Source: Tannerellaceae bacterium (GTDB lineage: Bacteria; Bacteroidota; Bacteroidia; Bacteroidales; Tannerellaceae). Taken from it: DNA of 64,000 bases. Of the stretch, positions 54,992 through 64,000 are shown in pieces (within the stretch, counting starts at the first letter, position 1; each line of letters opens with the position of its first letter). A program made the translations under genes and the position numbers. The notes beneath the pieces are model-generated. The model was not told where the DNA came from. It searched no databases and saw only the letters and a list, made by a program, of their open reading frames with translations. Where the stretch lies: contig DAMBSC010000009.1 in the NCBI GenBank assembly GCA_032054765.1, positions 104,948-168,947 of the forward strand. The letters run 5' to 3'.

Positions 54992-55570
54992 TTAATAATT
55001 TTGTTTCATTGGCTCAAAGAATGCTTGAGGATGTTCACAAGCCGGACACTTATCAAGCGCTTTCTTTCCTTTATGAACATAACCGCAATTCCTACACTGC
55101 CATAAAATTTCTTCATCCTTTTCAAACACTTTTCCTTCTCTCACATTTTCAAGAAGCTTCAAATAACGACGTTCATGTTCTTGCTCTACCCGAGCTATCA
55201 TACGCCACGCTACAGCTATTTGTTTGAAACCTTCCTCCTCTGCAATATCTGCAAAAACAGGATACATATCATGCCATTCTTCGTATTCACCGGCAGCAGC
55301 CTCTTCCAGGTTTTTCATTGTATCGCTAATGATACCTGCAGGATATGAAGCAGTAATCTCAACCATACCACCTTCAAGAAATTTAAAGAAACGTTTAGCA
55401 TGTTCTTTTTCTTGTTCTGCCGTTTCCATAAATACAGCTGCTATTTGTTCATAACCTTCTTTCTTTGCTACGCTTGCAAAAAATGTGTAACGACTTCTTG
55501 CCTGTGATTCTCCGGCAAATGAAATTAATAGATTTTTTTCAGTACGTGTACCTTTAATACTTTTTTCCAT
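54992..55570 (-). CDS. rbr: Rubrerythrin
   Basis: The N-terminal ferritin-like di-iron domain has paired ExxH motifs (EQEKEHAKRF, VEQEHERRY). The C-terminal rubredoxin-like domain has CxxC pairs (CRNCGYV ... CPACEHP). Confidence 0.9.
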   Translation of the reverse strand: MEKSIKGTRTEKNLLISFAGESQARSRYTFFASVAKKEGYEQIAAVFMETAEQEKEHAKRFFKFLEGGMVEITASYPAGIISDTMKNLEEAAAGEYEEWHDMYPVFADIAEEEGFKQIAVAWRMIARVEQEHERRYLKLLENVREGKVFEKDEEILWQCRNCGYVHKGKKALDKCPACEHPQAFFEPMKQNY

Positions 55571-55629
55571 AACACTAATTTATAATAAGAATAATTCTAA
55601 GTTAGATATAATCGCTTACTTATATAACG

Positions 55630-55660
55630 GTCAAATGTACAAATTTGTTCGACATTTGAC
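55630..55660. promoter_or_regulatory. Nested palindromic operator candidate in the rbr/sulP divergent promoter: a perfect 10-bp palindrome ACAAATTTGT (55639-55648) flanked by 8-bp inverted arms GTCAAATG and CATTTGAC. A putative rbr -7 box (rc TAcaTTTG, 55632-55639) overlaps it.
   Basis: Read directly from the sequence. The element lies 60-90 bp upstream of the rubrerythrin ATG. Confidence 0.45.
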
Positions 55661-55673
55661 AACTATTTTTTAG

Positions 55674-55681
55674 TACCTTTG
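55674..55681 (+). promoter_or_regulatory. Putative sulP -7 promoter box TAccTTTG
   Basis: Matches TAnnTTTG 25 bp upstream of the preferred sulP ATG at 55706. An upstream TTTG (55656-55659) lies at -33-like spacing. Confidence 0.35.
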
Positions 55682-55705
55682 CCGCCGTTTATTATTCAGG
55701 TAGAA

Positions 55706-57388
55706 ATGAAAAACAAGATTGATTTTCAGCCGAAATTGATTTCTGCGCTGAAAAATTACTCTAAAGAAAAGTTCATGGGCGATCTGATGGCCGGCATTAT
55801 TGTTGGTATCGTTGCCCTTCCTTTAGCCATAGCTTTTGGTATAGCTTCAGGTGTCAGTCCTGAAAAGGGACTTATTACTGCTATTATTGGCGGTTTTATT
55901 GTCTCATTTCTGGGAGGAAGTAATGTCCAGATCGGAGGACCAACAGGTGCATTCATTGTAATCGTTTATGGGATCATACAGAATTTCGGGATAGAAGGAC
56001 TTGCAATAGCTACCATACTTGCCGGTATTATGCTGGTTATTATGGGATTGTTGCGTTTAGGTACAGTAATCAAATTTATCCCTTACCCGATTGTTGTTGG
56101 TTTTACCAGTGGTATAGCTTTAACCATTTTTACTACACAGATAAAAGATCTTTTTGGATTATCTATTGAGAAGGTTCCTGCCGACTTTCTTTCGAAATGG
56201 GTTGTATATGCACAAAACTTTTATTCCATGAACCTTTGGCCTTTACTGATTGGAATGATGAGTATCGCGATTATTGTATTTACACCGAAAATATCCAAAA
56301 AGATACCTGGTTCGCTTATTGCTATTATACTTATGACGCTTATCGTGTATGTTCTTCGTACCTGTCTGGGAATTAATACGATTGAGACTATTGGTGACCG
56401 TTTTACTATCAATGCGTCTTTGCCCGAACCGGAAGCTATCTCTTTTAATATGGAAACTATCAACTCTTTGTTCCCTTCTGCCTTTACTATTGCAATATTA
56501 GGAGCTATTGAATCATTGCTCTCTGCGACTGTGGCTGATGGTGTTACAGGAGATAAGCATAATTCAAATACTGAACTAATTGCACAAGGAGCAGCCAATA
56601 TTGTTGTACCTATGTTTGGGGGAATACCCGTAACAGGAGCTATCGCACGTACAATGACCAATATCAATAACGGAGGGCGTACTCCGATAGCCGGTATCAT
56701 TCACGCTATAGTTCTTTTATTAATTCTATTATTTCTTGGGCCCTTAACCAAACATATTCCTATGGCTTGCCTGGCGGGAGTTTTAATAATCGTTTCATAT
56801 AATATGAGCGAATGGCGTACATTCCGTTCATTACTAAAAGGTCCGAAGAGCGATATATATGTGCTTCTTGTTACTTTCTTTCTTACCGTTATATTCGATC
56901 TGACAATTGCTATTGAAATAGGACTTTTGATCGCTATGTTCCTTTTCATGCGTAGAGTAATGGACACAACTCGTGTTTCTGTTGTTCGCGATGTGATCGA
57001 CTTATCGAGTGAAAATGAGATTTATCATGAGGAAGAAAAGTTGGTCGTACCGAAGGGAGTTGAAGTTTATGAAATAGACGGCCCTTTCTTTTTTGGTATT
57101 GCCAACAAATTCGACGGTGTTATGAAGACATTGGGAGATAAACCCAATGTCCGTATTATCCGTATGCGTAAAGTTCCTTTCATGGATTCTACCGGTCTCC
57201 ATAATCTTGAAAACTTACTACGTCTTTCGAAAGCAGAAAACATCCATCTGATCCTATCAGGAGTAAATCAGGATGTTTATAATGTTTTGATCAAAGCCGG
57301 TTTTGATAAACTAATCGGAACGGAAAATATTTGCAGAAATATAAATGAAGCTTTAGAAAAAGCAGGCAAAATATCATCCACGATATAG
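55706..57388 (+). CDS. SulP-family inorganic anion (sulfate/bicarbonate) transporter with a C-terminal STAS domain
   Basis: SulP N-terminal motif (FMGDLMAGIIVGIVALPLAIAFGIASGV), about 11 TM segments, and a C-terminal STAS domain (VYEIDGPFFFGIA ... FMDSTGLHNLENLL). The ORF track starts at 55679 with a non-ATG codon; the ATG at 55706 is preferred. Confidence 0.85.
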   Translation: MKNKIDFQPKLISALKNYSKEKFMGDLMAGIIVGIVALPLAIAFGIASGVSPEKGLITAIIGGFIVSFLGGSNVQIGGPTGAFIVIVYGIIQNFGIEGLAIATILAGIMLVIMGLLRLGTVIKFIPYPIVVGFTSGIALTIFTTQIKDLFGLSIEKVPADFLSKWVVYAQNFYSMNLWPLLIGMMSIAIIVFTPKISKKIPGSLIAIILMTLIVYVLRTCLGINTIETIGDRFTINASLPEPEAISFNMETINSLFPSAFTIAILGAIESLLSATVADGVTGDKHNSNTELIAQGAANIVVPMFGGIPVTGAIARTMTNINNGGRTPIAGIIHAIVLLLILLFLGPLTKHIPMACLAGVLIIVSYNMSEWRTFRSLLKGPKSDIYVLLVTFFLTVIFDLTIAIEIGLLIAMFLFMRRVMDTTRVSVVRDVIDLSSENEIYHEEEKLVVPKGVEVYEIDGPFFFGIANKFDGVMKTLGDKPNVRIIRMRKVPFMDSTGLHNLENLLRLSKAENIHLILSGVNQDVYNVLIKAGFDKLIGTENICRNINEALEKAGKISSTI

Positions 57389-57396
57389 GCCTGCTT
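57361..57396. terminator. Hairpin (AAAGCAGGC ... GCCTGCTTT) overlapping the sulP stop; likely a bidirectional terminator for sulP and the convergent giant T9SS gene
   Basis: 9-bp perfect inverted repeat with a 19-nt loop, read directly. Confidence 0.4.
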
Positions 57397-57416
57397 TACC
57401 AAAATAAATAACACTG

Positions 57417-60400
57417 TCAACTTACCAGTACTTTGCGTACTATATATTCTTTGTTTATTCTAACCCTTACGACATACGTTTGTCCACGATCGACTCGTAT
57501 CCTGTAATAACTAGATGCACTGGTATTACTATATACTATAGCTCCACTTATATTGTATACTTGTACGCTTTGAATCAATCCTGATCCGGATTGTATATGG
57601 ATATAGCCATTCTGCGATGATATATTCAGATCAGCATTTTCGGTTGATTCATTTCCTAAACCGATACCGGTATAGTCCATCCGTAATTCGAAACGATCTT
57701 CTAATACAATAACATTATTACCGGAAGAATTTTTGTTTACTGTAAAAATATAACTCGGATTCTTTTGTAAATCAATTTCCCTGTCGCTTCCTTTCTGTTG
57801 CTTATCAATTAGATATACATTATGCCCGAAGGTCTCCATTCCTGAAAAATCAAGTTTGATTAAGCCTCCTTCCTTGATTCGCAAGCCTATTGGTACGTTC
57901 CAGGAGGTATAATCACCACTGGTATTTATTGCCATAGGTTCTCTGGAAGGCGTGAAAGTATATACCGTAAGCGGAGTTTCATCGTAAAAGCCTTTATAAA
58001 CGTCTTCATAATCTTTAAAAGCCGGCATTGCATTTTCCGCGTAATTTAGTACTGTAAAACTGTTCTTATCCTCCTGTGTGGCTTTGATACGCAGAATATT
58101 TGTTTCTTGCTTCTCTGCCCGAAGTTTGTATGGAGAATTTTGGGTCGTCGTTGTCATATTAGAAGACATCAGCACGCTGGTTACATTTTCATCTACATTT
58201 TTTTTGACGACAAAGAACGATTGTAAAGGAGCTATATAACCCGGACTTTCCAACACTACATTAGCATCAATAACCAAACGACCTCCTTCTGCCGGGCCTG
58301 GCTTTACTGTTACAAAATCTTCATTAATATATCCGCTCCATATCTTATATGATTCATTGAACCGGCTATTGACGGCAAAGAACTTATCCAGATCAAGATA
58401 TGCCATATATGGATTAACCACTTGAACCAAACGATAACCTCCATTGGCCTCTAATGGTATTTTTGTATAATTACCATTCCTATCCGCCTGATATGTTATA
58501 AATTTGGAACTACCCGTTCTGTTCAATGTACGCGTTTGTTTATCTTCACCTGTATAACTGGTATTACTACGTGGAAAAATAAAAGATAAGTTTTTATTTA
58601 TAGTTGTAGTTGTTACATTTAAATTAAATGGTTTTCCTAAACCTAAAGATGTTCCTACATGTCCAAATGTTGCAGTGAAAGTGTTACCATTAATCGTTGA
58701 ACCGGGATAATCCGGATTCTCGGATTGGAAGAAATTTATATACGCATCTCCCCATACAGGATCATCTCCGTTCCGCACCAGGTGATAGTCTCCCGAATAC
58801 ATTGCTTTCAACGGAGCCGACCACATCACGAAACGATCACGTTCAGTACTTTTCAGTTTGATTTCTACTGATGCGTTTTCATATTCCAAATGGTCAATAC
58901 CAGCTATCATTGCCCTATCCTCCATCTTTATATCCTGACATTTAGAAATATATTTCAATTCCGGATAATAAGGTGCATCCGAAGAAATAATAACATTTAC
59001 ACAAGAAGTCGGAGTAGATAGTACGGGAGATTCCGTATTGTTATTTTTAACTTCTACCCAGTTTTGAGGATTATACCAATCAGTGTTTTGTATACCTTTC
59101 CATTTCATTGTAACAGGAGAAACTGAATTGTCTCTTATAACCGTAAGTTTTCCCTTAGGAAAATAGACATTTCGTAAGTCTGAGGCAGAAAAAGATTCGG
59201 GGATTTTTGGCTCTATTATATAAACAGAGTCTGCCTGCATATTAACTATATTCTTTACTAAACCACTTTGTAAATAGGTTATACTGTCCATTTTATACCA
59301 ATCAAAATCTACATCTGTTGGTAACTTTTTTAATTGTACAGTATGCCGATCATCACAAGTAGCAAGACCCGTTTCACTTTGTAATATATAAATATAAGCA
59401 GTAGCATACCTTATCTGAGGAGTTGTATTTGAGATAGTAGGATCAATAAATACAGATCTGTATTCAAACGAGTCAATACAGCCCCAGTCATCCAAATCCG
59501 TCTGCGTATTCTGATAAATAACCATCAAATCTCGTGCTGTTCCTTTTAAGACTAAATTCCCTGCAACCGGTTGCTTCATGATTGTAAACGAATTCAATGG
59601 TTCCTGCCCAGAAGTAGTATTACTACTGATTGTAAAATTATTATCAAAATAAGTTTCAGGCAGAATATCGTTTGCAAATACATCAATTTCAACTTCATTA
59701 TATGCCTGAACTGTTGCTGCGTCATGGAAAATATTAAATTTAGCAGCTCTAACGGTTTGATCGTCCCAATCGCAATCACGGAACTGACGACTTGCAACTC
59801 CAATACCTTTAGCGGGATTCGGGATGCCTACCGCTCTGGAGTTCAATCCAAACTTCCATTCCCAACCACCATCTATATCAAGCTGGCTATCATCTCCCAA
59901 ACGAAGTATATATACTCCATCTATTTTTGCTTCATCGCCTGTTAAAGTAATACTTATTCTTTTACTATTATCTCCGAAAGTACCGTTTTTAGTGTCACTT
60001 TTTATCGGCTCATTCACATTATCGGTGGTTCCTGCATAAACAAAATCTTCTAGCGTATAAGTTCCTATGTAGTTATCCTGCGAAACAAAGCCGTTTTTAT
60101 AAATTGCCACCGGGGTATTTACAGCAATGCCTGTCAAAGCAGTCTTCTTATTTCCAACTGTAATTGTAATGGTCACGTCCCCATCCGATCCAGATATTTC
60201 AGGTCTTTCTTTTGTTCCTCTGATCAACTTCTCGTTGTCATTTCCAACAATATATGATTCGGTAAGGAATATAATCGGTTCATAAACATGGCCATAGTTA
60301 CTATTCGGGGCCATCATAAATTTGGTAGCTTGGATGAGCGTTCCATTAAACGGGTTGTAATCTACCGTTCTTTCATCCGGAGTTCCTTTGTCAACAACCC

Positions 60401-63400
60401 CCTTAAAAGAATATGTAAGACGATTAATCGCATGCTTTCCTTCAGCCTTTGTTGGAGTTGTCAGATCAGGATTAATCTTAAATGGATCATACATAAACTG
60501 GTTCCAGACTGGCCAAGCCGGAGCAAATTTATCTTTTGCAGCTCCAACTGCGAACAACCAACCATGGTATTGGCCATTGGTTGTGGTAGGATGTCCAAGA
60601 ACAACCATCTCTGCAGAAGCATCATTATTAATATCTGCAATGATAGGCAATTCAAAACCCGTATATGATTTGATTGGAGTTCTTAAAAGGATAATAGTAG
60701 TATCCGTTTCTGTATGTTCAATATATGGTTTGGCTGCTTTAATAATACGTAATGTTTGTTCATCACGATAACAGATTTCCATCTTACCGTCATTATCAAA
60801 ATCAAACATAGTAAAGCCTGTATTCGAAGACCGGTCGTTATGGCATAGACCGAAAGAAAGCTTCAATCGGGTACTCTCATCATTAATCGTATTCCCATAA
60901 TCAATATTTGTCGGATTTAAATCCCAGGTAAATGCAGCGATCATTCCAATCATATTATCACCGGTACCTGTTGAAGTACCCGTAAAACCAGATGTAGGTA
61001 GTATATTAAGATTGAAGACATTCGGATGTATTTTTGCAGAAGCAAAATGGTATTGAGCACTTAATATGGCAATTTCAGGTAAACGATATGTCTTTCCATC
61101 AGGCCCTATTTGCTCTCTTCCATCAATATCACCAATATATACATAAGAGTTACTGCCAGCATATCCCCTTTCTGTTTTATAAGTCATATCTGCCATAATA
61201 TAGGGCTGTGGAGTGGAGTTTCTTTTAAATTTACCATCATTTTCTAAAACCGGAACACCGGCGGGAACGTAGTCAGTCATCTCAAAGAAACCAGGATTCC
61301 ACACTACTATTCGTATAGAGTCATTATGAACTCTTTTCGCTACAACAATATCAGGAATTCCATCTCCATTTATATCTGCAACTCCCGTTCGTCCATCCGG
61401 AATTCTTGTTGTAGTACCCTTTTTATATGCACTGATAATATCGTATTGAAAATCATTGTTAACATCTTTTGTTATTTTGTAGAGTTTTCCACCCGCTGCA
61501 ACATCATACGTACCATCTAAATCAACATCATATATATAGCTAAAATTAACATATTCATCTGCACTTGCAGGGGCTTTATCATCAAGCCCCATATAAGGCG
61601 TATCTGAAGATCCCGATTCCCAAGTCATTAATAGTGTACCTAACTCTGCATCGTAAATCCTATTATATACAACCACTTCTGCGCGACCATCACCATCCAA
61701 ATCTACTATTTGTGGAATACCCTTAGCATAATCGCTATTATCTTTAGATGAATGTTTCTCTGTTCTAACCCATCTTTCGGATAATGAATAAGTTTTTGTT
61801 GCAATATCATAATTTATATTATATGATGCAAGCCTCCGTACATAAGTTCCTGAGTTGGAGTGCGCTACAATAAGTTCAATAACACCATCCCTATCCGAAT
61901 CAACCAAAGATATAGCAGATGGTGATTGATGAGAACCGGATGCAGTATATGTTCTACCTTCAGGAAAAGTAATTCTTGAAATGCTTGCACCTGTTTGGCC
62001 GCTGAATATCTGAATACCAATAGTGCTTCCACCACCAGAATTACCACTTGCCGCCTGTGCAATAATTTCAGGAGAACCATCTCCATTCAAATCTGCGACC
62101 AACGGAATGGTGAATCCCTCTAAACGGGTAGCTGAAACTTCACTTGTAGTTGAAATAAGCATTTGTGGCTTAAAAACCACTGTACCCATAAAATCAAAAC
62201 AAGTCTGAGGATAATCTTCAGGCAAAGTATAACCGGGAGGAATTGTAGGAGGATGTTCGTAAAAAGCAAGATCATAAACAAGTGTATATACATGAAATGT
62301 TTTACTATGATCAATCCCATAAATATCTCTACCCCTAACAGTAACATCAAAACCTGATGTTTCATCTTCATATGCAGCGTTAGGAAAAAAAGTTATTATT
62401 GGGGAATTCTCCGAATCCTGAGTAATAGCACCATTTATGGGATTTCCGGATATAGTAAATACCAAATCTGTTACACCCGGAGGATATAACGATATAAAAG
62501 TAGATAAGTCATACGATACATTCGGAGGAAAAGAGACCTCGTTTGAATTATACATGGAAGACACAGACCGTGGAGAAGATATTTCAAACTGGGCTATATC
62601 AAACGAACCTATAGAAATCCGATCCGGCCGCTCGTATCCCATTTGATCAAATTCAATGTTAATAATCTGAGCTTTTTGTGCTGTCGATAATGATAGCTCT
62701 GAATAAAGACTTTCAACTTTACCTCCTCTCGCCAGAATTACATCCGTTGAACCTGTTGCTTTTAATTTGTGAACCTGCTTTCCGGCTCCATCATTTATAC
62801 CGCTTAAATCCGTATCAAACCGTATTCCGAAGTCTGTAGTAATATCCTCTCCCGTGTTATTTCCGGTAACATAAAAATAGACATTATTACTACTTGAAGA
62901 TATATTTCGCATACAAATCGCAGCATTATTACCTGCACTTCCGCCCAAACCAGATGTTCCTGCAATAATATTATTTATAACTCTTGTCAACCCCGCGGAA
63001 TTAACAAGAATATTTCCGGAGTTATAAATAGTATTATTGAAAAACTTGACACCATCGGAATTTATGGTAATATTCCTTGAGTTGGTAGTATTATTATTCG
63101 AAACAGTGTTGTTGTAAAATATGGGAGTTCCGGCATAAAAATAAATTAATAAATCTCCGGATTTATTATTATAAAATGAATTATTAAAATAATGAGGTGT
63201 TCCTCCGTTTGAAGTCAGTATAAAAGTACCGGCTTCATTATCTGAAATTGTATTTCCTGAAAGACGGGTATTTTTTCCTGTAGCTTCTGAATTAATTATA
63301 TATGTAGTAGCTTTGTTTCCTTTAAGTATATTATTCTCAAAAACAGGACTTCCTGAACCAGATAAAAGAATCAGGTTACCGGTCTGAATTATATTTTCTT

Positions 63401-64000
63401 CGATTATATTTTGAGAAAAAGTGGTAGAATTAGCTACAAGAATCAATGAGCCCGACGTCACTATATTTTTTTTGATTATATTATTTTTCAGGGTTGTGGT
63501 TTTGGTAGCGTTAAAATTAAACAGACGGGTGCTAAATGTATTTTTCTCTACTTTATTATTAGTAAATTCAAAAATAGCTGATATAGAATTCACATAAGCC
63601 AATAATCGATAATTGCAATTTTCTATTGAGGAGTTTCTTATATATAACTCTCTATTATCACTTATCTCACTAAATATAGCACTTGTTCCACTTCCCTCCC
63701 TGATTACAACACTATCCAATAGTATTGTATGATACGAGCGCATGGAAATCAAAAAATCAGCGTCATTTTGCGCGAATTTTTGTAATATGATATTTTTCAT
63801 TGTAATGGAACATCGCCGACTTGAAGATCCTTGCTCTCTTATTTCCAGAAAACAGTTGTTTGTATTGCCACCATCAAATATAATATCACCAGATTGATTC
63901 GGATTCCTATCAAAAACAATCGTTAATCCATTAGTTCCGGAACTTGATGATGTTGTTCGCAAATAGGAATTACCATTTGATGTATTTGTAGAACTCACAT
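57417..64000 (-). CDS. Giant secreted T9SS cargo protein, 5'-truncated by the window edge (more than 2190 aa): right-handed beta-helix repeats, multiple FG-GAP/VCBS-like calcium-binding propeller repeats, and a C-terminal T9SS sorting domain
   Basis: The reading frame is open to the window end, and no signal peptide appears at the first in-window Met. The N-terminal part has beta-helix-like Asn-rich repeats (NNIIKKNIVTSGSLILVANSTTF, NNTIYNSGNILVNSAG). There are many DxDxDG motifs (DLNGDGSPEII, DLDGDGRAEVVV, DINGDGIPDIVV, DFDNDGKMEI). The last about 80 aa (IQSVQVYNISGAIVYSN ... RVRINKEYIVRKVLVS) match a type-A T9SS C-terminal domain. Confidence 0.7.
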   Translation of the reverse strand, partial: VSSTNTSNGNSYLRTTSSSSGTNGLTIVFDRNPNQSGDIIFDGGNTNNCFLEIREQGSSSRRCSITMKNIILQKFAQNDADFLISMRSYHTILLDSVVIREGSGTSAIFSEISDNRELYIRNSSIENCNYRLLAYVNSISAIFEFTNNKVEKNTFSTRLFNFNATKTTTLKNNIIKKNIVTSGSLILVANSTTFSQNIIEENIIQTGNLILLSGSGSPVFENNILKGNKATTYIINSEATGKNTRLSGNTISDNEAGTFILTSNGGTPHYFNNSFYNNKSGDLLIYFYAGTPIFYNNTVSNNNTTNSRNITINSDGVKFFNNTIYNSGNILVNSAGLTRVINNIIAGTSGLGGSAGNNAAICMRNISSSSNNVYFYVTGNNTGEDITTDFGIRFDTDLSGINDGAGKQVHKLKATGSTDVILARGGKVESLYSELSLSTAQKAQIINIEFDQMGYERPDRISIGSFDIAQFEISSPRSVSSMYNSNEVSFPPNVSYDLSTFISLYPPGVTDLVFTISGNPINGAITQDSENSPIITFFPNAAYEDETSGFDVTVRGRDIYGIDHSKTFHVYTLVYDLAFYEHPPTIPPGYTLPEDYPQTCFDFMGTVVFKPQMLISTTSEVSATRLEGFTIPLVADLNGDGSPEIIAQAASGNSGGGSTIGIQIFSGQTGASISRITFPEGRTYTASGSHQSPSAISLVDSDRDGVIELIVAHSNSGTYVRRLASYNINYDIATKTYSLSERWVRTEKHSSKDNSDYAKGIPQIVDLDGDGRAEVVVYNRIYDAELGTLLMTWESGSSDTPYMGLDDKAPASADEYVNFSYIYDVDLDGTYDVAAGGKLYKITKDVNNDFQYDIISAYKKGTTTRIPDGRTGVADINGDGIPDIVVAKRVHNDSIRIVVWNPGFFEMTDYVPAGVPVLENDGKFKRNSTPQPYIMADMTYKTERGYAGSNSYVYIGDIDGREQIGPDGKTYRLPEIAILSAQYHFASAKIHPNVFNLNILPTSGFTGTSTGTGDNMIGMIAAFTWDLNPTNIDYGNTINDESTRLKLSFGLCHNDRSSNTGFTMFDFDNDGKMEICYRDEQTLRIIKAAKPYIEHTETDTTIILLRTPIKSYTGFELPIIADINNDASAEMVVLGHPTTTNGQYHGWLFAVGAAKDKFAPAWPVWNQFMYDPFKINPDLTTPTKAEGKHAINRLTYSFKGVVDKGTPDERTVDYNPFNGTLIQATKFMMAPNSNYGHVYEPIIFLTESYIVGNDNEKLIRGTKERPEISGSDGDVTITITVGNKKTALTGIAVNTPVAIYKNGFVSQDNYIGTYTLEDFVYAGTTDNVNEPIKSDTKNGTFGDNSKRISITLTGDEAKIDGVYILRLGDDSQLDIDGGWEWKFGLNSRAVGIPNPAKGIGVASRQFRDCDWDDQTVRAAKFNIFHDAATVQAYNEVEIDVFANDILPETYFDNNFTISSNTTSGQEPLNSFTIMKQPVAGNLVLKGTARDLMVIYQNTQTDLDDWGCIDSFEYRSVFIDPTISNTTPQIRYATAYIYILQSETGLATCDDRHTVQLKKLPTDVDFDWYKMDSITYLQSGLVKNIVNMQADSVYIIEPKIPESFSASDLRNVYFPKGKLTVIRDNSVSPVTMKWKGIQNTDWYNPQNWVEVKNNNTESPVLSTPTSCVNVIISSDAPYYPELKYISKCQDIKMEDRAMIAGIDHLEYENASVEIKLKSTERDRFVMWSAPLKAMYSGDYHLVRNGDDPVWGDAYINFFQSENPDYPGSTINGNTFTATFGHVGTSLGLGKPFNLNVTTTTINKNLSFIFPRSNTSYTGEDKQTRTLNRTGSSKFITYQADRNGNYTKIPLEANGGYRLVQVVNPYMAYLDLDKFFAVNSRFNESYKIWSGYINEDFVTVKPGPAEGGRLVIDANVVLESPGYIAPLQSFFVVKKNVDENVTSVLMSSNMTTTTQNSPYKLRAEKQETNILRIKATQEDKNSFTVLNYAENAMPAFKDYEDVYKGFYDETPLTVYTFTPSREPMAINTSGDYTSWNVPIGLRIKEGGLIKLDFSGMETFGHNVYLIDKQQKGSDREIDLQKNPSYIFTVNKNSSGNNVIVLEDRFELRMDYTGIGLGNESTENADLNISSQNGYIHIQSGSGLIQSVQVYNISGAIVYSNTSASSYYRIRVDRGQTYVVRVRINKEYIVRKVLVS

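Noticed and set aside
1-64000. I looked for mobile elements (transposases, integrases, tRNA-adjacent islands, inverted terminal repeats), tRNA or rRNA genes, and riboswitches.
   Set aside because: No tRNA or rRNA genes, transposase, integrase, recombinase, or recognisable riboswitch cores (SAM, TPP, cobalamin, FMN) were found. Base composition appears uniform across the window, so there is no evidence of a horizontally acquired island.

Overview
The window is a 64-kb chromosomal segment that looks like Bacteroidales (Bacteroidota) DNA. The evidence is low GC, lipoprotein and T9SS signals, SusC/SusD genes, and TAnnTTTG -7 promoter motifs. I saw no tRNA or rRNA genes, no CRISPR array, and no transposase or integrase. 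Coding density is high on both strands. Recognisable content, left to right:
- an ECF sigma factor and a GH92 alpha-mannosidase;
- a RIC/YtfE-like di-iron hemerythrin protein translationally coupled to an aspartate-less LuxR-type response regulator;
- a dapB-lepB-lepB-wbqC operon, a TauE/SafE exporter, a DUF2339 membrane protein and an OmpA-family protein;
- a cluster of MFS sugar porter, DUF5107-TPR protein, GH36 alpha-galactosidase and GH2 hydrolase;
- an uncharacterised 382-aa protein with a small AraC-HTH protein, then four 42-bp hairpin-containing tandem repeats ahead of a GLUG-repeat T9SS surface protein;
- a candidate five-gene membrane-stress and membrane-remodelling module: XRE regulator, YbjN-like protein, PspA/IM30, YqiJ/NfeD-like protein, flotillin;
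- glycerate kinase and a complete MurNAc salvage locus (K1058-like kinase, murT-murK-murQ);
- a giant single-gene 1615-aa protein with a long coiled coil and a C-terminal AAA_5 (MoxR/McrB-type) ATPase domain;
- a PUL of transmembrane propeller-LuxR one-component regulator, SusC, SusD and GH3, preceded by an array of 22-bp-periodic TTCTCAT/ATGAGAA palindromes;
- rubrerythrin and a SulP transporter on either side of a nested palindromic operator;
- the C-terminal ~2190 aa of a giant beta-helix/FG-GAP T9SS cargo protein running off the window edge.
The two best candidates for undescribed biology are the PspA-flotillin module and the orphan giant AAA_5 ATPase. All calls come from reading the sequence and ORF translations; no database search was possible.
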